Origin: Lophium mytilinum
Lineage: Eukaryota
Assembly (NCBI GenBank): GCA_010093605.1
Contig: MU004187.1
Location: forward strand, 310,001 to 374,000
Direction of reading: 5' to 3'
Length of the DNA: 64,000 bases
The translations under genes and the position numbers were made by a program. Positions 45,592 to 58,589 of this stretch are shown here, piece after piece (the first letter of the stretch is position 1; each line of letters opens with the position of its first letter). A model generated the notes under the pieces. The model worked only from the letters and a program-made list of their open reading frames with translations, made no database searches and was not told the DNA's origin.

Positions 45592-47871
45592 CTACAAAGA
45601 CATGCCATCGAACCTTTTCCTCATCTTCTCATACTTACTATAATCCCCTACGCTTGGCTTCATATGGACCACAACGGCTTCAAAGTCCTTCATCTTGACG
45701 ACTTCCGAGCCTTCTTTCAAAGTATGCTGACCGGCTTTGCGCAACAGACTACCAAGGTCCGCACCACTGAAATCGTTGCACCTGTCGTCGGCGGCGAACT
45801 CGGCTAAGTCAGAATCGATCGGAGTCTTTTTGATTAGAGCCCTCAAGATCTGGACGCGCTCCTGTGCTTTGGGAAGGCCGACAAACAACGGTGTCTCAAG
45901 TCTTCCTGGTCGGAGCATAGCATCGTCTATCATATCTATACGATTGGTGGCAGCAATGAGATAAATTCCTTCTCGGGTGCTAAGGCCATCCAGTTCTGTG
46001 AGAAGGGTGTTGACGACTCGAGCGGAGGACTCTGAAAGCGCTTCACTTCGGCGCGGTACCAGAGCATCAATTTCGTCGAAGAAGATGACACATGGTACGG
46101 AAGAGCGGGCGCGCATGAACACTTGCCGGACTGCTCGTTCTGATTCTCCGACGTACTGGAAGTAGATCATTAGCAACTGCAACATATCAATGTCAAACAG
46201 ATTGATAGACAATGCACAAACCTTATTAAGCAGCTCGGGGCCTTTGACGCTGATGAAGTTGGCTTTCGATTCTGCAGCAACGGCTTTTGCGAGTAGTGTC
46301 TTTCCGCATCCTGGCGGGCCCCATAGTATGACACCTGTTGGAGCAGATATACCGACGTTCTTGTATCTTTGGGGATTCTTGATGGGTTCCACGATGGCAG
46401 TCTGAAGTTCTTCTCGTATAGACTCCAAAGCTCCAACATCTGCCCAGGTCGTATCCGGTACAGTGGCGAAGCCTTCCCGCTTAGAAGATGGTTGAATACC
46501 TGGCAGCACAGTCTCGAATGCTTTCATTGTGATAGCAGTATCTTCAAAGCCTATGGGACGGACCTGGGTTTTATCTCTGACCCGACTGATGAGACGACTA
46601 ATGGATCGGTCCATGTCTGAGGGCGTCGCTATGCTTCCTGCGTCGTCTACTTCCATCTCAATTTCCATATCGGCTGCTTGCTTCTCCAATGCCTCTCGGT
46701 ATTGGTCCATTGACCACGTCCCTGCCTTTCCAACAAGATCTCTCAAATCTGCTCCCACGAACCCGGCCGTCATCTTGGCGAGTTTCTTGAAGTCTACATC
46801 TGAAGCGATGTGGGTGTCCCGTGTTTGAGCCCGAAGAATTAGCTCTCGCATCGACTCGTTAGGAACTCCCATGTTGATCTCGGTGTCAAACCTTCCGCCT
46901 CTTCGTAATGCCGGGTCTAGACTGTCCGGTCGATTCGTAGCTGCGAGGACAATGACTGGTTTGCCATCATTCGCTTCCATTGCAAGTCCATCCATTGAGA
47001 TTAATAGCTGGGCCACGATTCTCTTCTCCATCTGACTCTGCGCAGTGTCGCGCTTTGGAGCAATGACATCAATTTCATCGATGAATATGAGGCATGGTGC
47101 AACCTCCTTCGCCTTCTCGAAATGTTCTCGTATCTGCTTCTCTGACTCGCCTGACATGCCTGAGACAACTGACGGACCTAATATTTCAATGAAAGGCACG
47201 CCGATTTTTGCTGCAAATGCTCTTGATATAACAGTCTTTCCACATCCCGGGGGACCATGTAACAGGATACCACGAGGTATTGGGATCTTGCGCTTCACGT
47301 ACTCTTCGGGGCATAATAAAGGCAAGACCAAATGGTCCTTTAACTCGCGCTTGATGGGATCCACACCTCCCACATCCTCCAAGCGTACGTGGTTCGGGGG
47401 AGTTGTATCGATCTGTGGCGACTTGTTTTCTATTCGCTTTTGTTTCTTGCTTTCTCGTTCGCCATTCACAATCTTTCCCCCGTCTCTTTTCTTAGCCTTC
47501 TCACCGTTCGCTACTACTGGTGTGGCTGTTCCAGAAGATATGGTCGTCTTTGCCCACGACTTTACAATGTTCTGGTTCATGAAGTCCGAGGCATCTGGGT
47601 TTGCCCTGTCGTCTCCACCAAAATCTCCATCTATCGATCCCATCTCATCCTCGTCGCTTTCATCTTCCAGCAACACCGCTAGCACGCGTTCTATGCTATC
47701 CTCAAGCAGCTTCTTCGGCCTCCTCTTCAAGCTGGAATTCGATTTCTGTACCCATCCATACACGGTCGGGACTTTGATTTTCTTGACGCTCTCGGACTGT
47801 TCACCTATGAGCTTCGTGACAATCTGGTAGATTTCCTTATCAAGGCCTTGCTGCAGCGTTGGCCTTCCCAT
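45592..47871 (-). CDS. RIX7: AAA+ ATPase Rix7/NVL (intron 46156-46221)
   Basis: Two AAA modules ([39 protein letters not shown]), [23 protein letters not shown]. Confidence 0.94.
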   Translation of the reverse strand: MGRPTLQQGLDKEIYQIVTKLIGEQSESVKKIKVPTVYGWVQKSNSSLKRRPKKLLEDSIERVLAVLLEDESDEDEMGSIDGDFGGDDRANPDASDFMNQNIVKSWAKTTISSGTATPVVANGEKAKKRDGGKIVNGERESKKQKRIENKSPQIDTTPPNHVRLEDVGGVDPIKRELKDHLVLPLLCPEEYVKRKIPIPRGILLHGPPGCGKTVISRAFAAKIGVPFIEILGPSVVSGMSGESEKQIREHFEKAKEVAPCLIFIDEIDVIAPKRDTAQSQMEKRIVAQLLISMDGLAMEANDGKPVIVLAATNRPDSLDPALRRGGRFDTEINMGVPNESMRELILRAQTRDTHIASDVDFKKLAKMTAGFVGADLRDLVGKAGTWSMDQYREALEKQAADMEIEMEVDDAGSIATPSDMDRSISRLISRVRDKTQVRPIGFEDTAITMKAFETVLPGIQPSSKREGFATVPDTTWADVGALESIREELQTAIVEPIKNPQRYKNVGISAPTGVILWGPPGCGKTLLAKAVAAESKANFISVKGPELLNKVCALSINLFDIDMLQLLMIYFQYVGESERAVRQVFMRARSSVPCVIFFDEIDALVPRRSEALSESSARVVNTLLTELDGLSTREGIYLIAATNRIDMIDDAMLRPGRLETPLFVGLPKAQERVQILRALIKKTPIDSDLAEFAADDRCNDFSGADLGSLLRKAGQHTLKEGSEVVKMKDFEAVVVHMKPSVGDYSKYEKMRKRFDGMSL

Positions 47872-48047
47872 CGCTTTCGTATCAATTGTGTGTGAAATCT
47901 TTAACTTCACAAATTTCCGACACGGAATCTAGATTGATGCCAAGCTATTCTTATCGATACGCTCACGTGGCGCCTTGGCATCTTCGACAACAACCTAGTG
48001 AATCAAGGCACACGATCAATCCTCATGGCGACAAGTACACTTTCACT

Positions 48048-48799
48048 ATGGGGAACTCAGGCAGCTCCAACAAGATATCTGCCCAGGATAAGTGAGTGGA
48101 GACTGTATACTTCGTATCAGTCCTATAGCTCTAACAACCTTCTAGGGCTATCCTGGATATGAAGAACCAGCGGGACAAGCTCCACCAGTACCAACGACGC
48201 ATTACCGTAGTCACAGACCGCGAGAAGGAGGTTGCACGACAGTGTCTGAAGAAGGGCGACAAGAAGAGAGCGTTGCTGGCTCTGCGCCGCAAGAAATACC
48301 AGGAATCGCTACTTGCGAAGACGGATGCGCAGCTGGCGCAGCTTGAGATATTGACCAATGACGTCGAGTTTGCACTGGTGCAGAAGGATGTACTATTCGG
48401 GCTACAACAGGGAACCAAAGTGTTGAATGAAATACACAAGGAAATGGGTGGCATAGAAGGGGTGGAGAAGCTGTTGGGCGAGTCGGACGAAGCCCGAGCT
48501 TACGAGAAGGTTCGTTATGATCCCCCTATACTGGGCATACCAGAAGCTGTGCTAATTGCGGTCGCTTCTAGGAAATCAGTGACATGCTGAGCGGGCAGAT
48601 TACCAACCACGATGAGGACGAAGTGGAGGACGAGCTCGAGGCCCTCGAACGGGAGGTTTCAGGCGTCAAGCTACCTGATGCACCTTCGAATAAGCTACCG
48701 GAGAACGAACGGGCGCAGGAGGAAACTCCACGCGAAAGGGCCAGAAGGAGAGCCCGGGAGCAAGCACAGGACGAGACACCGGAGCCTTTGCTCGCATGA
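48048..48799 (+). CDS. VPS20: ESCRT-III subunit Vps20/CHMP6 (2 introns)
   Basis: Myristoylation-type MGNSGSS, AILDMKNQRDKLHQYQ, ALLALRRKKYQE, EDEVEDELEAL. Confidence 0.93.
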
Positions 48800-49245
48800 T
48801 GATATCACGATTCCCTACGACTGCTATTTGCTGCATTTCAGCGACGGAGTTACAATAGACGAGCGTTAGTTTGGGTAACTGTTTGAATCAGCTGCATGAT
48901 GTTTAGCAATGAGCGTTTGAGCTTGATATAATGTTGCGTTGTTCTTCCATAGCTGATGCAAGATTCTGAGGCGGCCCAATTAGGTAGCCCGGTAACTACG
49001 ACCATCAAAAGAGACCCTGTGTCTTGGTTTATATTCTGTCATGATTTCTGAAAATCTACTGAGGCACGACCAACACTACCAAACGGCTACCTGTACTCCT
49101 CAGAAGCACGAGAGCGTGGAATGACGTAGCCACGTGCCATGTCTTGACTTCCGCTCTCTTTCTGCCACTGTTACCTCCACCATCAACACCATGTAAAACC
49201 CACGAAGCTGCTCCGCACAGCGCCATCTACCCTCCAAAACAAATT

Positions 49246-49983
49246 ATGTCTTGCCACGATGAACACGGACATGGCGGCCATGACCACGAGCATGGCGAAG
49301 CTCACGACCATTCGGACGACATCACGCCCGCGCTCCAAAATCTGCTCTACGACCAGATTGATTTCAGCGCCCTACGAACACTGAATGAGGAGGATTCGTC
49401 ATCTGGACGGGCTATCTGTCAGAAGACATGGGCGCAGCGTATGGATGCTGAGCCGGAGCTCTTGAGCTCTGCAGATGAGCAGCTTCTAATGATTGTGCCG
49501 TACGTCTCATTTTTCATGTTCAAAAAACCACCAAGAGGATACCTTTCAAGAGCATATACTGACATTTTTACCTATAGCTTCACCGGACAAGTCCGCCTCC
49601 ACAGCATAATCATTCGAACCTCTCCCTCCCCGTGTGCGCCCAAAACTCTCAAGGTCTTCATAAACGACCTGGACCTTGACTTCGGCACCGCAACAGAGAA
49701 GCCGCCTACGCAGACCTTCGAGCTTTCCCAGACATCTGAGGTTCAAGAGCTACCCGTCCGACGTGCGCTATTCAATACGACACGTAGTTTGTCGCTTTTC
49801 TTTGAGGACAACTTCAGTGACGGCGAGGAGGACGTCACGAGAATTAGTTATGTGGCATTCAAGGGCGACTTTATGAGGCTGAACAGAGAGCCCGTCAGTG
49901 TGTTGTTTGAGGCTGCCGCGAATCCGGCCGATCACAAGGCGATCGTAGGCACGAAATCGGGTGTTGGACATCAGATTCAGTAA
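49246..49983 (+). CDS. PITH (proteasome-interacting thioredoxin-like) domain protein (intron 49500-49577)
   Basis: His-rich N-terminus, LYDQIDF, SADEQLLMIVP|FTGQVRLHSI, PKTLKVFIN, LFFEDN, EAAANPADH. Confidence 0.9.
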   Translation: MSCHDEHGHGGHDHEHGEAHDHSDDITPALQNLLYDQIDFSALRTLNEEDSSSGRAICQKTWAQRMDAEPELLSSADEQLLMIVPYVSFFMFKKPPRGYLSRAYTDIFTYSFTGQVRLHSIIIRTSPSPCAPKTLKVFINDLDLDFGTATEKPPTQTFELSQTSEVQELPVRRALFNTTRSLSLFFEDNFSDGEEDVTRISYVAFKGDFMRLNREPVSVLFEAAANPADHKAIVGTKSGVGHQIQ

Positions 49984-50572
49984 CAGTCCTGGAACCCGTG
50001 GGGCAGACAGCTATGTCAAAAAGCGGATACCCAATATGAAGCTGCAAAAATAGGATACATGAGCGCTTCAACTGATACTGCTCACTTTTTACTCTCGTCT
50101 AGAGCACCACAGTTGTTTTGCAAGATGCCTGAAGTTGGCGCAGGCGCCTTCATATTACGATTATTTTGATGTGCTCAGCGGCCCGTGAAGTCCTTTATAA
50201 CATTACGTTTCGGATCACCACGACCAGACGTCCAGTCAGTTTTGGGTGTGAGAAGTCTGCAGAGTTTGCAAAGGCTGGTTATTTCGGGTATAATTGGAGT
50301 AGATGATCGAAGATACATACTTTTTGGTGTCATTGCAACCAGATGCAACCTCTGTAGCCCCCCCTCCCCCGTGTCCCAAAAGCTCTGCCTGATTCAAAAG
50401 CCTTCAACTCTATTCGAGCCTTTACGATCTGGTCAAATTTGAGAGTCGTCCCCCCATGTAGCTTCTTGAAGTCAATCTTTCGTGGAGTATTCGCTCACCG
50501 GCCCTCGCTCTGCCAGCCTGGCGCGCTCTCGTCCTCGTCTTGAAGTCCATACCAAAGCCTCAGTTCTGCCCC

Positions 50573-50928
50573 TCAGACGTGTTTCGTTCCCCCAATCGCC
50601 TCTCCCTTCACCTCCTCCCAGTTGATGCTCGCGTCGATTTCCTCGTCTACCTCGCCACACACGACCACCGAATCTCCTCGGATCATATAGAGACCCTGGT
50701 CCGCCTGGGAACTCTTCTCCCCGCTGTCGGCTGGTACGATGATGCGCTCGATCGTGTCTTGTAGCACGATGTTGGTGTTATGGTCGCAGCTGATTAGGAT
50801 GCCGACCAGTGTGCGGCCGTCGGTAGTGATTATGCATACTTTCTCTGAGAAGCATTGTTAGTATATATTACGGTGAATGTGGGGAGCGGGGCCGGAACAT
50901 TACTGTTGAGGTAGGTGCTTAGGGACAT
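50573..50928 (-). CDS. LSM8: U6 snRNA-associated Sm-like protein Lsm8 (1 intron)
   Basis: MSLSTYLN|KKVCIITTDGRTLVGILISCDHNTNIVL (Sm1), GLYMIRGDSVVVCGEVDEEID (Sm2). Confidence 0.93.
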
Positions 50929-51844
50929 TATGACGCTCTGCGGAGTGTTGTATGAGTGGAGAGTAAGTGGGTAAGTCTCGACGTGTCGTATGGACGAACT
51001 GCGAATCTCAATTCTTGAGGTTGCGGTGGAGAGGATTGGGTGTTGATGAAAGTCAGAAACACGACCTTCAAGGTGGCCCGAGCTTGAACCGAACCCCCTG
51101 CTGGCTTGCCCCTCCATCGACTGCTTTTTCAACGATAACCTCTTCCTCCTCAACCTGAACATACATCTGCTGGGTGAAGTGAGCATATGAGCTCGTCTGA
51201 TGATCTTTTGAAGCCTTTAAGTCCTTCTGTATACGACTATAGCGGTCTAAGCCGTACAAAACCCCTTCTGGACTGATTCACCTATTTTCCTAATCTATAA
51301 GTTACCTCGTCAGACACATACAAGTGTACCTCTTTCCACCACCGCTAGAAGTGCCCTGAAGCATTTTCAGTAATCTCAGTTCCCATTTGCAAGATCAGTG
51401 AATTAGCCTGGGCACCTCAGTCAGTGACTGTCCAGTGTTCACAGCCTAGGCTAGTCGACTGTGTCCCCAAATCCTCATCAGGACGTGGAAGCAGTAGAAG
51501 CAGTGGAAGAAGTGTATGCGCACTTCGATGAAGAGACGTTAAATATCCTATACCTCTTCGATCTCCAGAATCAAGTACCCAGCTTGGCCACACCCATCTA
51601 TACACCACTACTTGGGCTCCACTCCTGCTCCGTCGATATCACCGTGAGGAACAGGCCAGCTAGTAGACAGCCCGCCATTCGAGAGGCAGCTCTATCTCAA
51701 CTGCTTCAAAAGGCAGCCAAAACTTCATCGCGTTCGAACTCTATAAAGCTCACAGAAATATCACTCGCAGTAACAAAAATACGTACTTAGACTTCGGGGT
51801 AGACACTGTACCGCACCAGCAAGGATACCCCCGTTCCTTTCATC

Positions 51845-52639
51845 ATGTCGTCTATCTGTAGAATACTTTCTCTCCCTGCGGAGTGACGGTGCATGTTGTA
51901 TCCATACGTTTTCGACGCTACTACTCTCGATGAGGAAATTGACAAAATACATAACGGACCGTTTCAAGAGCCCGAGCCCCACGCTTTTGCCTTACTTTTG
52001 ACCTGCCGTCAGATATACAAAGAGGCTAGTTTGATTGCCTTCAGCAACGTTCCATTCCGGTGTCGTTTTCGCTATCGTCATCCGCAGCTACCCCCAAGGA
52101 CCTCGATTACTCTCAGTGACCACTTGAGGAACTTAGGTATGGACCACATCGGCTCCATAAGATGCATGACCATCTTTATTCCTGCACATACTACACCAAC
52201 CGCTTTGTCCCAATTGAAAGAGATTAGTCGAATACCTCTGCGCCTGGACACGCTCATCCTCGTTGGCAATGATACCGCTAGCTTTCCGTCGTACTATGCG
52301 GCTGAGCTCTTCTCGATCCTGTGCCAGGAGGCACACGACAGCGGTTTACGGAAACTTGTCATTGTGCAGAGAATCGGGGGATTGAGCTCTCCAACAACGC
52401 TTTTATTCTCCAGTCCGAATTTCTTTCAAGCCAAGCTCGGGTCATACTATTCCTACAATAACCCCGTCAATTCTACACTCTTCCGCCAGGGGAGCTTGTA
52501 TTACATCAACAAGAGCGACGTTGAATTCGCTGATTTCGATGAGCTGTTTCGTCTTTGGCGCTGGTCGTACTCCGCCTGGCCAGTCTTTGTGGCCCACGGA
52601 CCTAATATGGATCTTAGAGTCGAATTTGATCGCATATAG
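51845..52639 (+). pseudogene. F-box-like hypothetical gene with in-frame TGA at codon 14 (or N-truncated CDS from 51893)
   Basis: MSSICRILSLPAE*RCMLYPYVF matches the fungal LSLPAELRxxIYxYV motif, followed by LLLTCRQIYKEA. Confidence 0.65.
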
Positions 52640-53375
52640 ATCTGTTAATGCCTATCCACCACTACTTGTGGTGTCTTGCAGATTTCTCAAGAATTGTAAT
52701 AAGATCAGAGTCGACCATCTTGAACAACTGCTAGACTAGCTATACTACCTCCAGCATAAGAAGAGCGGCGTGCCCATACTGGGCGTGTTCATGCGCTCGA
52801 CTTTCGTTCCGCAATTACGATTCACTCTCAAGTAGTTAGTATGTTTCTATCTCGGTTTCAGTGTCTTCGAGCTGCCCCCCCGCCAGCCATTTGAAGATCA
52901 AATATGCGTTCTCTGATCTCATTGCCCCACGTCCCGCCCGTCGCAAGAGATAGGTCGTCTGATTAATTATATCTTCTGTCTACAGACTGTTTTCTCTCTC
53001 TGCAGAGCCGCCTTTGTGCGAAGAGTGCTACCCTCATACTTCTCCGACTTAGCCTTACCAGCAGGAAATACTCAAGATACACATCTCGGCTCAGAAACAT
53101 GCAATACTGGTATCAAATAAGAAATTCCTCGCCTATCGTCGCTAAATCCCTCCTACCCAAAACACAAAGTATCCTGGCACCTTGTTTTTTACCATTCGGA
53201 CCCCTCGCAGCTATACACAGGCCGAAGTACGCCGATCAAAATCCACCCACCCACCATACGCATCAAAATCCCCACCAGCCACAAACGCTGCAACATCCCA
53301 ACAAATCAACGCTCAAACACTGCCTCCCCAGCCTTATATACATTTCACAAGATCCACTCAATCAACCAACCAACC

Positions 53376-55436
53376 TCACACCAGCCCCCCAGCACTCTCC
53401 CCAAACCCTCCAAACCCCCCAAACCCCCCGAAAAGCCCCGTCCCGCTCTGCCCCTCCTGCGCCTCCCTCCGTACCCCCGTGTACCACTCCTCTTCTTCAC
53501 TCCCCGAACTCAGCTCCCTCACCGTCTGCGGCGACGTCACCGCCAGCCCGAGCGTGGTGAGCTTGTCCTGCAAGATAGAAAGCAGCGCAGGATTCCCGCC
53601 ACGGAAAGACGCGAGGAGAGACGCTAGCGAAGCAACAAGGTCGCGCGGGCCGAGGGTGAGCGAGTTAGCCGTAGAGGTGGAAGCGGCGTAGTTCGCGGTC
53701 GGGGAAGGGAAGGGGAATGCAGGGGAGGAAGAGGAAGAACTGGAGGTGGGAGAGAGGCTGAGGTTTGGCACGCAGATCATGACGTCGGCGAGGGTGTTTG
53801 TGATGTCGAAGAGTTTGGTTTCCTGTGCGGTGTTAGTTCTCACTCGATTATTGAAAAAGAGAGGGGATGTTTATCACCATTCCAGGCCCGTGCGCTTCTA
53901 AACTCTCCCGCGATAAATTCGCTGCCTGTGCTAGCACGCTCTTTGCGATTTTAGCTGGGAAGGAGAAGGAGAATTCGTCGTTCTCGTCCGCGGTATGCAG
54001 GTTTGTGACGGCGAGGGCATGCTGCCAGAGGTAGATTCGCATCCACTGCTGCGTCATCGAGATGTCTGCGCGCTGGATCTCGTTTCCGGGGGGGAGGCCT
54101 GCGAGGAGTTCCTGGCTGAGCCGGCGTTGGGCGCGGGAGACAGCAAGACGGGAGTCGGCCGAGTCGGCGCGGATGGTCTCGTCTAGAATGTGGAAGAGGT
54201 GGCAGAGGCGAATGAAAGTGGCGGAAATGGTCCCGTCTGTTGTATGCTCAAGGGGTGGGAGGTCGGAGGCGCGTTTGAGAGTCACGGGGACGTCGTGTTG
54301 GATTGAGTGAGCTCTGAAAGAAGGCTTGTGAGTATTGTGTGATGGTGAAAGAATGAAACCATGGCAATCTGGAATGATAGACGACCATATGACGTGGAGA
54401 GAAGCTGGTCAGATACAAAAGGACTTGAGAAGCAACCCCTGGGAAACTAATATAGAATTCTTCCAACGTCCTTTCATGCTCAAAACAAACCAAAATATCT
54501 GGTAAATCTGTAGCAGAGAGATTGGTTGCGAACTCACCTTTCAGTGATGAACAAAAGCCAATATATCCTCAGCAAGTACTGTTGCTGCTCTTTGTCAAGG
54601 CTCTCGTAGAACGTAGGCTTATGCAAGCCAACCATATGCGCCATCGTAATCGCTTCAGTCAGAAACAATGTCGAACTTGACATCCGCCCGATATTCGCAG
54701 AGTACACGTGCAAGAAAAACGAGCCTAGTAGTGTTGATGTTGTAGGGTGTTCCTGGTAGTCGTATGAGACCCTCGCCCGTTTGGCCTCTGCCTCGAACGA
54801 GCTACTGGACATTGGTGGGTATCCAGCTGCAGTGGATAGGTCGACGGTATCATCGTATTGGAACTGGGCGATTGTAGCCGCAGAGATGGCGGTTGCGAGG
54901 GCATATGCTTCCATGTCGTTCTGATGTGTGAGAAGGCGAGCGATCAGGGACTCAGTGTCTACGACTGGCCAGATTCCGTAAGCTCGCGACTGGTAAATTT
55001 CCAGGTAGCGGGAGATGACTGAGATAGACACTCGAGATGATGCCTGAGGGAGCTCTTCCAGTGAAGGTATCGGAGGTGCTTCGGGGTATCCATATTCCTC
55101 GAAGCCAGGCTGCGACTCTGATCTAGAAGATAGACTTTCAGGCGGCAAAGAGCCATCGATCGGCTCGACGTTTGAGGGGAAAGAGCTGTCGAACCCAGCA
55201 CTCGTAGGAGCTTCAAGGGGGCTGGCGCTCGTAGCACGTGACGAGGTTTGGATACTGCGTATCTTGGCCGCAGTAAGCCCCCTTGGACCTTTGGGTCCCG
55301 ATTTCTTGTGAGTCTTTAGGTAAGTGCAGCTCCATGACGCTGAAGCACAGCGAGAGCATGGTTGGCTGCCGTCGCACCGGATCTTTCGCACTGAGCACGC
55401 GTCGCAGGCATGGGACGTCCCCTTGCGAGAAGGCAT
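53376..55436 (-). CDS. Zn(II)2Cys6 transcription factor, sugar-utilisation (MalR/AmyR-like) type (introns 54314-54537, 53823-53877)
   Basis: ACDACSVRKIRCDGSQPCSRC.....CTY.K..KK.GPKG; middle homology region RIYWLLFITER; QRADI..TQQWMR..LWQ; LEAHGPGM|E.KLFDI. Confidence 0.92.
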
Positions 55437-56081
55437 TGGTCGAGAGGGATCGCGCTGGGTGCTTGGAATTCTACTATCGGTAGGATTTCGCATCCCGTTT
55501 AGCGGAAGCTATAGCCGCATGCTGTGGTAATTTCTCAAATTCTGGGACAATTTGGTGCCGCGTAAGTTGGACGTGCTGGGCGGGGTCGGGGGGACTGCGG
55601 TTGTGGACAGAGTTCGGCGTCTGAGGGGCGTATCACATAGTGAGGGAAGAATAGAGTGGAGACACAAAATAGGAACAGACTACACCCGGAAAGAAAAAAA
55701 CTAGTGAGCTGTGGAAGGTTGAGATGCAGCTGTCGTTGAGTTGCCACCTGGTGCGGAGCCTGCATGGATAATCTTCGGTAGGGCCGTTCGAGGCACCAAT
55801 CATCAACACTTCTAGAGTAGTCAGGTATATATATGCCGGCAGGAATAAGAGATCTGAGTTTCTGCTACTGGCTGGTGCGCGATTTATGCTATTTATTCCG
55901 CTGTTTCCCGGCGTTTGCTTGAAAAAGACGCAATGGCCTCCACACTGGTACGTCGATATGTTCAGTTATCAAATCGGTAGGCAGCCTCAAACAGAAGGAC
56001 TCCGAGTACAGTCCCGTGGGTACCTCAAATCGTGATCTTTATTTACTCGAGCTAGCCGATACTGAACTTGTCTAGAAAACG

Positions 56082-57720
56082 CTACAACCCCTTTGCCTCA
56101 ATACACTCGCGATGTAGACTGCCTTTCTCCACCATCGAATCATCCTTCACAAGAGCTAACGACAAGCGCCGTTCAGCTCCTGGCACTGCACTTTCGCCAT
56201 CGAATACGATAGCAATCTCCTCCAAAGTCCTACCTTTCGTCTCCGGGAAGAGGAAGTAGATGATGAAAATCATCGAAGTCAATGTCGCGATATATACGAA
56301 GTAGAACTTCCACTGTATAGCACCCAGGGCAATGGGATTCACGTACTGGTTGAAAAATCCTGCTCCAAAGACGACTGTTAGATTGATAGAGAATCCTTTG
56401 GACCGAAGGTGGAACGGGAGGATCTCGACCGGATACGCGATTGAGAGAGGTGTGAAGGCAAGGTCATAGAATCCGAAAAAGACGAAGAGAAACGCCACCA
56501 CGGCACTTCCTGCAGCTTTAATATGCTGTTCAGCGAAGACGGCGGACAGTGCAGTGACCACGATGAAAGAAGCAAGCATTCCACAGGCCGAAATCATCCA
56601 CAACGGTCGGCGTCCATATTTCTCGGCTGCTATTGCTCCAGCGGCTGCCATGAAAGCATTCCAGATCTGGAGACCGAGGTTGATTGCGGCTTGGGAGACC
56701 GAAGAAGTAATCCCGACGGATTCGAGTATGGGAGCTAAGTAGTACGAGACAATCCCGTTGCCTGCCCACTGGATCATGAAGCCGACCAGGACGCAAATCA
56801 GGAGTCGATGCCGATTGCCTTTTGACTCAAAGAATGACTTGAATCCAGTTGAGTTTGCGACTTCTCTTTCTCGTTCGATTGCCTCGCATATCTCACTGAA
56901 TTCGTACTTCACAAGCTCGTCCTCAGCATCGCCGTTGGCGTGATACCTCGCCAGGACAGCAAGAGCCTCTGCCTTTCGATTTTTCGAAACGAGCCACCTA
57001 GGTGATTCGGGAACGATGAAGAGACCTAGAAGTTGAATACTAGGGAACAGCCCCTGGAGGAGGCATGGAAGCCTCCAGCTCCAGCTGCTGTCGAGAAATA
57101 GGGTTCCGAGCGTAACGCACGCTGAGACGATGGCGCCCCAGTACCAGATGGCTTGGAAAAGTGCTGTCACTTGACCCCGATGCTTCGGATGCGCAATTTC
57201 CGTTGTGAGAGGCGGTGCTGCTGTTTGTGAGAAGCCGAGACCGATACCAAGCATGATTCGAGTGCCCAAAAATGCCCAAGGACCGTAGGTTGCACACTGG
57301 ATTATAGCCGCGGCAACCATGAGGAAGGATCCAATCCCTACGGTGTACCGACGGCCTATCTGGTCACTAACGTAGGAAGCCGGAATAAAGCTAGGGAGCC
57401 CTCCTAGGCTGATACCAGCAATGATGAGGCCGAGGATATTGGTCGATATATGCCCCAGGTCATCCTTAACTGTATACGCGATGGTCAGTATGCTGTAGCT
57501 TTGCTAAAGCATGGATGGGCATACACCGAGGAATCGCAAGTAAGCCGTTCATTAGACTTCCGTCGAATCCGTTGGCTGCAGCGGACGCGAACATCATTCC
57601 CACCCCAATATTGAGCTTCCGGAGTCCAGGATCGTGTATCCATTTCGAGTTGACATTGTTTCGGAGACTCTTATACGCAGAGTTTCCACTTTCCGAGACG
57701 ATCCCGCCTGGTCCACCCAT
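56082..57720 (-). CDS. MFS sugar porter, lactose/cellodextrin permease (Lac12/CDT-like), 1 intron
   Basis: NGFDGSLMNGL, D..GRR, EIAHPKHRG, PESPRWL, QWAGNGIVSYY, YPVEILPF.LRSKG, PETKGRTLEE. Confidence 0.93.
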
Positions 57721-58589
57721 TCTTGGGGTTGTAATCGCTCGCTTCGAAGAGCGGAACTGGGTGGCAAGACGGATATTGGTACCTCAAAGTGCTGCTAGTG
57801 GACAGGAGAACAGTAGACTCAAGGTGCTCTTATATAGAAACACTAGGCAAGAAGACGTGGTGTTGAGGCTGTACGCCCGCATGGAGCACAGAGCCCCCCC
57901 AAAACTGATTTCGAGGCATTTGAGAAATTGTGGCGGCTGGTGGTAGAGGGCATATGGTGAGCGACGTTGGCCAAAGCGGAGGCCGAGGCGGCACTAATGC
58001 ACCAACTCTTCCATCCCCAGATCTAGAAGCACACTAGATGCATGAAAGGGAATTCTATTTGTCGATACGCTAGCGTGGTGGCGGTAGAATATGCGGAAAG
58101 ATTTTGCATCCTACCCTAGCGCACTCTGCCAGTCAATCATCGTCGTCTGCTCGTCTCCGTGAGAAGTGGCTTGCTCTAAGATACGCAAGGGGGCAGAGCT
58201 GCCGTTTTCGAGACCCGGACCGCTCCCAAAAGGGTGGTCTGGACGTGTCATATTGAGTGTAATTAGCTGATTGATGGGCTCACCTTTTCATGCCGTTCCG
58301 AGAGCGCCCGACAAGTGCTAGATGGAACGTTTGGAAAAGTTTGTTTCAACGAAAAAGGACTCTGATGACACTGACGCAAGTCCATTGGAGGCATAAGGGG
58401 CCGAGGAGGAGGTTAAAATTGCGGGGAAGCTCTAACTGGTTTTGGTAAGCCGGATCACGTGAATGTCGCGGGTCACGCGACAAAGAGTGAGAGACTGTTC
58501 TCCTTCAAAGATGGACTGATAACGATTCCAGAGCAGTTGAACAGCATGAAAGGGTTAATTACCGGTCTAAAAGGTCCGACTTTATTGAA

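Noticed and set aside
51461..51790. Coding-looking ORF upstream of the F-box-like gene
   Set aside because: GTG start, no ATG, no recognised motif, and no convincing splice to the downstream frame
54314..54537. Unusually long (224 nt) intron in the Zn2Cys6 gene as snoRNA host or stwintron
   Set aside because: No C/D or H/ACA boxes and no nested splice arrangement recognised
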